Source: Giardia intestinalis (lineage: Eukaryota). From it: a stretch of 64,000 nt of DNA. A model generated the notes under the pieces. It made no database searches and was not told the origin of the DNA. It saw nothing but the letters and a program-made list of their open reading frames with translations. Below are positions 20,092-29,002 of this stretch, piece by piece. Each line of letters begins with the position of its first letter. Position 1 is the first letter of the stretch. The position numbers were made by a program, and so were the translations under genes. Location: the NCBI GenBank assembly GCA_000002435.2, contig CM018792.1; one strand, given 5' to 3'.

Positions 20092-21138
20092 TTATGCGAA
20101 CTTCCCATAGATAGGTGTTCCACACTTTCCACAACAACCATCCTTAAGATTGCAAACCTTACCGTCAAAGCCTGTCATGCGAGAAATAAGCAGTTCGCCA
20201 CACTGGGGGCAGCTCGTATTCAAGTACGATGTATCCCGCACATTGCCAGCATAAAGATAGAGGAGCCCGGCCTCCTTGCCGAAGGCCAAGGCACGCTCTA
20301 GCGTTTCTGTCGGAGTTCGTTCTTTGTCCAGCATTTTGTAGTCAGGATGAAACGCAGAAACATGCCACGGAATGTCCTTTCCAACAGATGCGATGAAATT
20401 AGCTATATCCTGCAGCTCCTCGCCTGAATCATTCATGCCGGGAACAATCAGAGTCGTGACTTCAACTATGACTTTTTTCGTGCTATAGAGGAATTTAATT
20501 GTGTTCTTGACTGGCTCAAGACTACCGCCCATGATCTTTCTGTACGTTTCCTGTCGAAATGTCTTCAGATCGACGTTGATTGCCGAGATCATTCCCACCA
20601 ACGCATCCAGTTGCTCCTTGCTTTCAAACCCATTCGACACATAGACGTATGATATGCCTTCTTTGGCTGCTAAGCAAGCAATGTCATAAGAATACTCAAA
20701 CCATATGCTGGGCTCGTTGTAAGTGGCTGCAATATGTCTGATGCGTCTCCTCTTGCAAATAAGTATGATCTCATCCGGCGTTAGAATGCGCCCGTCAGAT
20801 CTCTCCAGACAATAGTCTTCGATATCCTGCACGTTAGGCTTGTCCATACTGATGCTCCAATTCTGGCAAAACTTGCATGAAAAGTTACAGCCTATGGTGC
20901 CTATACTTAGTATCGCCTCTCCGGGATAATAGTGATAGAGGGGTTTCTTTTCCATTGGGTCAACGTGGAGGGCGCTAGGCTTCCCCCAGACGGCCAAGTA
21001 CAGTTTTCCATTATCGTTATAACGGACACCGCAGATCCCCGATTTTCCTTCTCCAATGGTACAATAATGAGAACAACAAGTGCACTGAACGCTCCCGGGG
21101 GTCTTGCCTGGTCGGTAGAGAACACACTCACGCTTCAT
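20092..21138 (-). CDS. Radical SAM enzyme, AmmeMemoRadiSam-system / PFL-activase-like type (bacterial/archaeal-type)
   Basis: CxxxCxxC cluster motif GCNFSCKFCQNWSIS, preceded by a Cys-rich N-terminus (CTCCSHYC...GICGVRY) and EKKPLYHYYPG. This matches my recollection of the AmmeMemoRadiSam radical-SAM family. Confidence 0.7.
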   Translation of the reverse strand: MKRECVLYRPGKTPGSVQCTCCSHYCTIGEGKSGICGVRYNDNGKLYLAVWGKPSALHVDPMEKKPLYHYYPGEAILSIGTIGCNFSCKFCQNWSISMDKPNVQDIEDYCLERSDGRILTPDEIILICKRRRIRHIAATYNEPSIWFEYSYDIACLAAKEGISYVYVSNGFESKEQLDALVGMISAINVDLKTFRQETYRKIMGGSLEPVKNTIKFLYSTKKVIVEVTTLIVPGMNDSGEELQDIANFIASVGKDIPWHVSAFHPDYKMLDKERTPTETLERALAFGKEAGLLYLYAGNVRDTSYLNTSCPQCGELLISRMTGFDGKVCNLKDGCCGKCGTPIYGKFA

Positions 21139-21230
21139 TTTTTGCCAAGGAGTCGTTCCGTGCGTGGCTGTTTAAGGACACACTTAGGATTTTGAGGAAG
21201 TTAGTCGTTATCACAATATACTGTGACTAA

Positions 21231-23672
21231 ATGGAGCTTCTGGAATCCCTCATTGCACTCGCAGAGATGCGGCCACACCAGATCAGAGAGTACATATCTA
21301 CAGGCCGAAAACGGCTAATGGATGCAGTTCACGATGGCCTGACTCCGTATCAACGTACAGCAATCACAATCCAGATCGATGAACTACAAAGACACAGGCT
21401 TCGACAGTTTCGACTACTTGATTTCCTTCTTGGCTTATCGACAGCCGATTCCTCTGTCTCAACGGCACTTCCTATCTATGCTTATAATAACCTTGCTAAG
21501 AGCAGTATCGAAGCAAGCACAAGTAGGGAGCCGAGCGACCTTTCCTCGAGCAACGACTCTTTCTCGGACGTCTCTTTGAGTGTAGCAAACCAATACGTTA
21601 TGTTTAGATGCTTACGCAATGGCGTAACACACTACAGATCAGAGTACGTCCTGCATCTTCTGGGCAAGTCTGTCTCACTAAGAAGACGCTACGGACGGCG
21701 CTTTCTACTTCCTTATCGGTTTTTCTATAGCCAACACGAGGACACTGTCCATATGTTTCTTTCTTTACGGGATTACATGGTTCTTTTACCGTTAGAAGTT
21801 ATTCTAGAGAACTTTGCAATCGCACGCTACCACCTCTTTGCAAATCTGTTCTGCTTCTTTATCAAAGATCTCTTGGATGTGATGGCGCTTTTTCATGAGC
21901 ATGAGATTGTGCTCAGCGGGGATCTATCTCATCTATGCGTTGATAGACTCTCTGGGAGAATAAAGCTTAACCTGTGTACGTATTCTGTCCCAATACCTCG
22001 TAGTTATCATGCTGGAGTAGAAGAGGATCTGCGTGCCGTTGCCAACCTAATTCTTCGATACACCCATGACTCTACGCTTTATCCCATATCCGATGTGCAA
22101 AAGCAGTTACTCCAGATTGCCTATTCCATACATCAATCAGTAAGCCAAGATCACAGTGATCAGTTCCTTGTGATTCCTAATCTATCTGATGTCGCCAAAT
22201 GTCTAGCTCAGCACCCTGTGTTCTTTAGTAACGCGTATCCTTCGATCTCTATTATTAACACGGACGTAGTGGCGGTCTTTACTACTGCGCAAGAGCTCAG
22301 TAAGGAAATGCAGGTTGCCTCAATTGATGAAACTGCCGATTCTATCTATCCTTTAGCAGATAGCACCCCTAGGGCAGATGCTTCCCTGTCACGGTCACCA
22401 GGAAGTCAGCATGATTTTGATAACTGGTTTACTACTGCCTCTTATCAACCTCTGCCACCTATAGGCGCCATGCTTCTGGGAAGTAACGCTGCTGCTACAC
22501 CAGCCACGCGGTCACGTACACAGGGCCCTGAGTCTTTAGAAATAGAGATGCTTGGTGACAGCCCGGTACATTTCGAGAGCACGTCATCAACTATTGAGTC
22601 ATCAACTACCGGACTATCGCCTGAGCCTCGTCTGAATCTCGAGTTACAAGTAGGACCGCCTCCCCCTATTCTCTCGACAGCAATGCGAATCAGTGATCGC
22701 TATACGCACAGTTGGAGAACTGTAGAAAGACTTAAGAGGGAAACTACAAAGACCAACGTAGAAGAAAACAGAGAAGGGCCGCACAATATACACTGTTGCG
22801 CTAAGACTAGTGAACAGTGCCTACCACCAGGGAAGCTTTTTCCGGTAGCAGTGCCCCAATTCCCCGTATCTGCCATATCGATCATTCAGGCACCGTCTCC
22901 TCAGCCTCAACCTCTGCATCAACGAGCCGCCTCGAATCCACCACCTTCCAACACGATCACAAGACTCCAGATTGCAAATCCAAACACCAGTCCCATAAGT
23001 TGGTCTCATGTGCCTACCAATGTACCCCCTGGGAAAGGCAGAAAGGCATCGTTTGGAGGGAGTGTACTGACAACGAAGATCTCACGTGGTGAGCATAGAA
23101 GCAAAAGTCAGCCTACTCCGGCTATAGCGCCGATTTCGAGAACAATCTACACACTGAACATTGGAACAGAGGCACCAGCACGCAAACCAGCGCAATTCCT
23201 TCCTCTGAAACAATCTATTCCTATAGAAGCCCGGCCTGAGCCTCAGGCAAAAGGTATAGCTGGATTGACAACAGTGGCGCCCCCTGCGTTCCCGTCAGCT
23301 TCAGGACAAGCCTTTCGAAGACATTCTCATAGCGCAGCTCCACCTCTCTCACAAACTGAGGTTACCGAAAGCATTTCTAAAGCCCTAGGCCCAAAGGTAC
23401 CATATCAATATACGCGCAATCCGGTATCTGTAGCGCATCAGCCCACGCTCTCAAGGTCTCTCAGTGCTCAACCACGTGCAAGTACTACGGAAGACGTGGA
23501 AGACTATGACGTTCTATACTCACGGGTTACTCTTCATGCGCCAAAGTTCGCAGAACCTGTACGGCGTGTATTGATAGAGAGAAACTTCAGTATCGCCGCA
23601 TCTGCTCCAAAGGCCACCAAGGATATCAACCCAATCGAGGAGCTGAATCAGGCGCTTGTAAATTATTGGTGA
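21231..23672 (+). CDS. Hypothetical protein with Pro/Ser/Thr-rich low-complexity C-terminal half
   Basis: Long ATG-initiated ORF in a gene-dense context. No recognisable domain. The C-terminal ~400 aa are low-complexity (PQPQPLHQRAASNPPPSN...). Confidence 0.55.
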   Translation: MELLESLIALAEMRPHQIREYISTGRKRLMDAVHDGLTPYQRTAITIQIDELQRHRLRQFRLLDFLLGLSTADSSVSTALPIYAYNNLAKSSIEASTSREPSDLSSSNDSFSDVSLSVANQYVMFRCLRNGVTHYRSEYVLHLLGKSVSLRRRYGRRFLLPYRFFYSQHEDTVHMFLSLRDYMVLLPLEVILENFAIARYHLFANLFCFFIKDLLDVMALFHEHEIVLSGDLSHLCVDRLSGRIKLNLCTYSVPIPRSYHAGVEEDLRAVANLILRYTHDSTLYPISDVQKQLLQIAYSIHQSVSQDHSDQFLVIPNLSDVAKCLAQHPVFFSNAYPSISIINTDVVAVFTTAQELSKEMQVASIDETADSIYPLADSTPRADASLSRSPGSQHDFDNWFTTASYQPLPPIGAMLLGSNAAATPATRSRTQGPESLEIEMLGDSPVHFESTSSTIESSTTGLSPEPRLNLELQVGPPPPILSTAMRISDRYTHSWRTVERLKRETTKTNVEENREGPHNIHCCAKTSEQCLPPGKLFPVAVPQFPVSAISIIQAPSPQPQPLHQRAASNPPPSNTITRLQIANPNTSPISWSHVPTNVPPGKGRKASFGGSVLTTKISRGEHRSKSQPTPAIAPISRTIYTLNIGTEAPARKPAQFLPLKQSIPIEARPEPQAKGIAGLTTVAPPAFPSASGQAFRRHSHSAAPPLSQTEVTESISKALGPKVPYQYTRNPVSVAHQPTLSRSLSAQPRASTTEDVEDYDVLYSRVTLHAPKFAEPVRRVLIERNFSIAASAPKATKDINPIEELNQALVNYW

Positions 23673-23717
23673 TTAATTTGGGGCATCTTCGGCAATCCTT
23701 GGACGAAATTCAAAAAC

Positions 23718-26558
23718 ATGTCTGACGAGCAGCTAGGCGCGAAATATACGCGCCAGGATCTGATTCTAACTAGCGAACTGGCTTGTGTGTATCGTGTCTT
23801 TTACAGAGAGCTTGATATGCAGCTTCTGATGCATGAATATACCCTACAGGGTGCAAAGTACTCTGATGAGCTTCATGCCCATCTAGCCGCTATGCAGGAA
23901 TTAGATCACATCTACTTAGACTCCTTAGTTGATAGCATTTCTCTTGATAGCGGAATAAAGCTATGTGCTATTTACGATCTTCATGATCATGGGTCCATTT
24001 CACAGGTGATGTCAAGCTACACTGAGCAGAAGATACCGATCAATGAAAACATGGTCTGGGAAATCAGTGCACAAATCATCAGTGCGCTGCGGTATTTGCA
24101 CAGCCACTCTTCTGCGGCAAATAGAGGCCTCCCCTACACCCATGGCAATCTTCGGCCAAGCAACATCTTGGTGACAGATAGCAATAAGCTTGTTCTAACA
24201 GCATATGGTTTTTCGCTCAATGACCCACGGATTAAGCATCTCTGTGAACCCGACTGGCAGTATGCTGCCCCGGAGGTTCTTTCCAGTCAGTCCTCAGGTG
24301 ATTATATGCCCCATAGTGATATGTTTTCCCTTGGTCTTATCCTGTTAGAGATGTGCACTGGAACACCTGCTTCGTGTCAGCGTAGGGAGGATGCACTAGA
24401 TGTACTGAACAACTTGCAACTTCCACTTTCAATTAGCGGCTACTCTATTGATTTGCTAGAGTTCATCAAGAAGCTTTTACAAGTGGACCCTAGTTGTAGA
24501 ATGACTGCAGCGGAAGCAGCCAACCATCCTGGCATAATTGAGGGCCTCAATAGAGTTTCTACCAGTCGACACTGCAGTCTCGAAACTATTATTACACAAG
24601 AAGATTTACAGAATACGGAGCAGAGTGACATTTCCTTGGCCATACCTGAGAACCTGATGTCCAAACATCTATCTCTAGCACCAGAACCCGAAGACAGGAC
24701 AGACGAGATTGCTCAGCTGTTAGAACTTATTGCTAACGATAACCTAGAGAAGTTGCTTGTTTGCCAACAATTCAACAATGATTGCTTCGCTCAACATGAG
24801 CGTGTGACAACCTATTTAAAGACACCAGATGTCATATGCAGATTACTTACCTTAGCTTTTGTGCCAATAGAACAGTGTTCAGAAAAATCTGCTGAGAAAA
24901 TGACGGCTCTGGTGATGCACCAGCTTCAAGGAGAGGCTATCTCTGTTATACAAGAATGTGGGTACGGAGCCGTTGTTCTGGAGTCTCTACTGCTACACCC
25001 CTACTTGCTAAACATCCCTTTTAGCATGCTCTCCAAGTTTATTGAAGAATATGAAGCAGGTGTGCTGCCTCGGCGGCTAGTGTATAGCAAGTACGATATT
25101 ATTCTGTCATCGTTTAACAAGCTAATTCTCTCTATCATTTCTTCTCCGAGCCGATTGCCGGGACTGTTCAGCGCACTTTCTAATGAAAACACGTCATGGA
25201 TGAGTCTCTGGATCCAGGGCATAGTCAATCCGCATATAAATGAAGCGCTGCGGAAACTTCTGCTTGATCAGGAGTGTCGTCGCAATCTAACATACAAGAA
25301 GCTAGACGCCTTTGTAGGGGAATTAGATCTAATTGGGCGTCTGCTAAAGCATCTGATCACCAGTGATTCTATTGAGGCATATGCTAATCTTGAATCTGCA
25401 GCCCACATTCTCCTGCAAATATTAACAGCTAGGGTTCCTTTTTTAAATCTTCGGGTGCTTGCGGGAACAGAAGCAGTAATAGAGCGGGTTTTGTCCCCCA
25501 CCATGAACACACCGGAGGCCTATCCGAGATTGCTCATCCTTTTAGATTTCATAGTTTGCGTTACCAGCGTTGTTATCTGCAAGAGCACAGTCATATGCTT
25601 AAGGTCTCGGCAAAAAATCAATGATCTGCTTATGGACACTAATGCCGTCGGGATTGACAGCGCTATGCTGCTATCGTGCTTGGAGGCTAACGACCGGGCA
25701 GAGATGCAGCTCTTTTTAGGCACATTTTCGGCTATTGAAGGCCTTTTTGCGAGGATTGAAGACCTGCTCTCTACGGTGTCCAATCCAATGATTAACTATT
25801 TGTGGATTGATTTTGTAGCTCGGTCCTTACAAATTACTAACGACGTAAGAACAGAGATCTATAAGTACCAAAACAACTGCCTTCCCAATGATGGGATCGA
25901 CAGTGCTAGCTTCAACGTGCCCTATGCATACGGGCTTAAGCCCATAGGATATGGTATGCTCCTGGGGCCCAACTCTGTGGCGCGCACCGGCGCTTCTGGA
26001 GTAAGGAACACCGTTGGCCTTGATGACACCTTTCTGCTGGATGCCAATACTGTTATCTCTGTTTCGATATACACAATTTGCAAGAAACTAACAGAAACCA
26101 ATCTCCTCTATCTCTTTGCACAGCATGCGGCAGCCAATCCATCATTCACAATATACCATGTTCGGTTTGTTAAGATAATGCATCTAGTTTTTGAGTACGG
26201 ACGCATAGACTTCAGAGTACTAGATAATGGTCTCAAGCGGTCTCGTTTGTTTGGATTCTACGAGGCGATGTCCGGCCAATACTTACATAGGCAACAGCAG
26301 CGTCTACCAACCGATAAGATGCATTGTAGCTTTACCTGCCACCTAGTATTTTTTCTTCGACAGGTGATGAAGATTGCAACATTTGGATCGCAATACGCCT
26401 GGGAGGCTGAAGGCAAGTCAGACCAACTTCCTAAGAACCTTGCAGACTTGAAAAGACTATTGGCCAAAGTGGATGATGAAAACGCCGATAAGATAGGGCA
26501 GCTCCTTATAAGTAGTAACTTTCTTGAACGTTTCAGTTCAATCTTCCTTTCAAAATAA
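23718..26558 (+). CDS. Protein with N-terminal degenerate kinase domain (pseudokinase) and large uncharacterised C-terminal region
   Basis: Kinase-like HGNLRPSNILVTDSNKLVLTAYGFS (HRD Asp replaced by N, DFG replaced by AYG), followed by APEVL and DMFSLGLILLEMCTG. AT-rich 'aaattcaaaaac' precedes the ATG. The ORF is terminated by a single TAA that is followed by 98 in-frame sense codons (see findings). Confidence 0.65.
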   Translation: MSDEQLGAKYTRQDLILTSELACVYRVFYRELDMQLLMHEYTLQGAKYSDELHAHLAAMQELDHIYLDSLVDSISLDSGIKLCAIYDLHDHGSISQVMSSYTEQKIPINENMVWEISAQIISALRYLHSHSSAANRGLPYTHGNLRPSNILVTDSNKLVLTAYGFSLNDPRIKHLCEPDWQYAAPEVLSSQSSGDYMPHSDMFSLGLILLEMCTGTPASCQRREDALDVLNNLQLPLSISGYSIDLLEFIKKLLQVDPSCRMTAAEAANHPGIIEGLNRVSTSRHCSLETIITQEDLQNTEQSDISLAIPENLMSKHLSLAPEPEDRTDEIAQLLELIANDNLEKLLVCQQFNNDCFAQHERVTTYLKTPDVICRLLTLAFVPIEQCSEKSAEKMTALVMHQLQGEAISVIQECGYGAVVLESLLLHPYLLNIPFSMLSKFIEEYEAGVLPRRLVYSKYDIILSSFNKLILSIISSPSRLPGLFSALSNENTSWMSLWIQGIVNPHINEALRKLLLDQECRRNLTYKKLDAFVGELDLIGRLLKHLITSDSIEAYANLESAAHILLQILTARVPFLNLRVLAGTEAVIERVLSPTMNTPEAYPRLLILLDFIVCVTSVVICKSTVICLRSRQKINDLLMDTNAVGIDSAMLLSCLEANDRAEMQLFLGTFSAIEGLFARIEDLLSTVSNPMINYLWIDFVARSLQITNDVRTEIYKYQNNCLPNDGIDSASFNVPYAYGLKPIGYGMLLGPNSVARTGASGVRNTVGLDDTFLLDANTVISVSIYTICKKLTETNLLYLFAQHAAANPSFTIYHVRFVKIMHLVFEYGRIDFRVLDNGLKRSRLFGFYEAMSGQYLHRQQQRLPTDKMHCSFTCHLVFFLRQVMKIATFGSQYAWEAEGKSDQLPKNLADLKRLLAKVDDENADKIGQLLISSNFLERFSSIFLSK

Positions 26559-26852
26559 AACCTTCTTCATCAAAAGGCAACGAGGCAAGGATCTGCGATA
26601 GAGGCTAAGCGGGCAGACCGAGCGGCTGCTCTGGCGGCGATTAAAAACAGTAAATCCGAGAAAGCCCCGCAGAAAACCTTTAGTCAACCGACAAAACCTG
26701 AGGCCAGAAAGGTCGTCGTTGTCAATGCTGGGCAAAAGAAAATCGTCAACGCCGCGCCTTCCTCTGGTGCAGCTCCACGGGTGGCAAATACTCCACAAGC
26801 AAGGGGTGACTCTGGTCCTGCATCTAGGCGCTCCCCGACCCAGGCACAAGGA

Positions 26853-28970
26853 ATGCATGTGATCAAGTCATCTTTTCTTAATAGTATGCTTGGTAATAAT
26901 AGAAACGTTGACACCGGCGTAGTTTCTCAGGCTCGGGCCGTCGACCCAAATGAGTATGGAGAGAGTGTTTCTCTCGTGGACCAGAAAGATGACCAGCCAG
27001 CAAGGCTCCAAATGAGCGAGCAGACCGCAGCTACATTAGCACAGCTTAATCTTCAGCCACCTACGTTGTCTCATCAAGCAGCACATCAAGGGCAATTACA
27101 GCAGCAACAACAGTTACCACCCCGGCAGGTACAGCTACCCCCTGTGGATAATAGGTATTCCTCTGCAATTACTTCCATGTCTGACCCGTCAAACTGCAAT
27201 ATTCCGGGAATGGGCAGGGAGCCGATGCGTGTCTCTAAAACGCCTGCTACAGATGTTACGCATACAAGATCCAATCCCCCATTCACCGAGCCTGCCAAGC
27301 CGACGGTCAAGAAGAGCATAAACGAAATGACAGATGCCGAGTACGCTGAGTATTCTAACCAAAACATGAAGAAGTATCAAGCAAGCCTTTTGCACAAGCT
27401 ATTTGTCACAAAGACGTGCACAGCAATAGACAAGCAAGAGATTGATGACCTGGTCAAGATAGACAAGGAGTTCCGTGCTCAGTATCTCCAAATGAAGCAA
27501 GAGGCTGACCGAGAAGAGGAGGAGACACGACGACGTGCAAAGGCGGAGGAAGAGCGTCAGATTGCCGAAAGAATACAGATGGAACTGAACGCCAAGCAAG
27601 CAAAACTAGATAAAGTGTTGCACGCGCGCGCAGGTCATTTCGATGAAAGTGAGTTTGTCCCGGCTGAGCCTGCTCCCAGGACTAGATACATTCCTCAGGA
27701 CGAGCAGATGCCGGCAGCTAGTAGTGCACTTCTAGATAAGATGCAAACCGAGCTCTTATCTACGAAGTCACAGCTATCAAAGGCTCTAGATGAAATTGAA
27801 CGTTTAGAGATCGAAGTACGCAAGGAGCGGGAACAAAAGGATGCCTTGTCTGCCACTGTCGAGAGCTTGCGTAGGGAACTAGAAAAGGCCAGAAGTGCAA
27901 ACCAAGTTGTATCCACATCCTCCTCTGCAGTGCAAATGGAGCGCCCTATAGAGTCGCCCGGGAAGAGCTCGAGCATGCCTATCCACAATTCTCCTGGTAT
28001 CAGGCCTCCTTTGCACGTCGGCACTAACCGTACAACAGACTCCCAAAGCCGTCAGCCTGGCCAGTTCTCGGGACTTCCTCAACAGAAGGAGCAGCAGAAT
28101 GAAGAGACTTTCATGGATATCCTCAAGAGGAAGATAAGCACGACGCTGACTAACGTGGAATATGCTATTCCACTGAAGAAAAAGGATGGTACGGAGAGGC
28201 CAAGCAGTCCACGACGTATTTCACATGCTCCACCAGTGCCGCCTTCAGCACCAAATATTGGACAGGCCTCTAGTGGTATCACTAACAGCTCCGCTTTAAA
28301 TGACACCGTGTCGTTCCTAAATGCACAGGAGTCTATATTGCAGGTTAATGCGAACCAGGGCCCACAAGAGCCAGACGATGCTTCGCTGTACTCGATAAAG
28401 CAAAATACACTCAACCCTTATATGCAAACCCTTATTTGCGAGAACGATATTCTGCTGGTTGATTGTGACAACCAGAGTATGCAATCCACCGATGCCTTCA
28501 ACACCTCAACAATGTCGACCGGTAATATTCCGGAGAGCCTAATGCATGGCCCAAATGCTTCGTTTAACCACAGGATTCGCTCTATAGACCCGAGTGATCA
28601 TCATAACAGAACGCAAGAAACAGAGAATAGAGATGATAGTTTCCCCCTATATGTAGATTCATTGCCAACCAATAGCAATCTTAGTAATAGCCTTTTAACA
28701 ACTGAAGGACAGCAGAGTGCTGAAAACAACAAGCCCCAAACGAATTTCATAATGTCCGACGACGGTCTTGTGCAGCGTTCAGCAGATGAAGCAGCTGCGC
28801 GCTCAAGCAATATTCTTGGGCACCCCTTTACTGTGCGGCACGTCTTGCAAGATGGGTCCAGCACTCATTTTCTGACGCACAATAACCTACGAGGTCAAAT
28901 GATTTTCGATCACGATAGCGATAGCGACGGTTCTTTGCTGACAGAGAGCGTTCCTGACGAGCCTTCTTGA
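26853..28970 (+). CDS. Gln-rich / coiled-coil low-complexity protein (start uncertain; possibly the C-terminal part of a disrupted fusion with the upstream gene)
   Basis: The track start at 26781 is GTG and the first ATG is at 26853. A central charged coiled-coil segment (EEEETRRRAKAEEERQIAERIQMELNAKQAKLDKV...LEIEVRKEREQKD) is flanked by Q/S/N-rich regions. An AGTAAAC motif sits 7 nt after the stop. Confidence 0.5.
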   Translation: MHVIKSSFLNSMLGNNRNVDTGVVSQARAVDPNEYGESVSLVDQKDDQPARLQMSEQTAATLAQLNLQPPTLSHQAAHQGQLQQQQQLPPRQVQLPPVDNRYSSAITSMSDPSNCNIPGMGREPMRVSKTPATDVTHTRSNPPFTEPAKPTVKKSINEMTDAEYAEYSNQNMKKYQASLLHKLFVTKTCTAIDKQEIDDLVKIDKEFRAQYLQMKQEADREEEETRRRAKAEEERQIAERIQMELNAKQAKLDKVLHARAGHFDESEFVPAEPAPRTRYIPQDEQMPAASSALLDKMQTELLSTKSQLSKALDEIERLEIEVRKEREQKDALSATVESLRRELEKARSANQVVSTSSSAVQMERPIESPGKSSSMPIHNSPGIRPPLHVGTNRTTDSQSRQPGQFSGLPQQKEQQNEETFMDILKRKISTTLTNVEYAIPLKKKDGTERPSSPRRISHAPPVPPSAPNIGQASSGITNSSALNDTVSFLNAQESILQVNANQGPQEPDDASLYSIKQNTLNPYMQTLICENDILLVDCDNQSMQSTDAFNTSTMSTGNIPESLMHGPNASFNHRIRSIDPSDHHNRTQETENRDDSFPLYVDSLPTNSNLSNSLLTTEGQQSAENNKPQTNFIMSDDGLVQRSADEAAARSSNILGHPFTVRHVLQDGSSTHFLTHNNLRGQMIFDHDSDSDGSLLTESVPDEPS

Positions 28971-28976
28971 GAACCA

Positions 28977-28983
28977 AGTAAAC
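28977..28983 (+). promoter_or_regulatory. Putative polyadenylation/3'-processing signal AGTAAAC (AGTRAAY class)
   Basis: Located 7 nt after the stop of the 26853-28970 gene. Matches the diplomonad AGTPuAAPy consensus as I recall it. Confidence 0.3.
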
Positions 28984-29002
28984 ATAAAAACCATACTCTT
29001 CC

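Noticed and set aside
26556-26558. Alternative genetic code (TAA/TAG = Gln, as in some hexamitid diplomonads) as the explanation for the in-frame TAA
   Set aside because: TAA and TAG cleanly terminate many well-supported genes in this window at sensible protein C-termini (kinesins, clathrin, kinase-ANK-RING). The standard code therefore applies.
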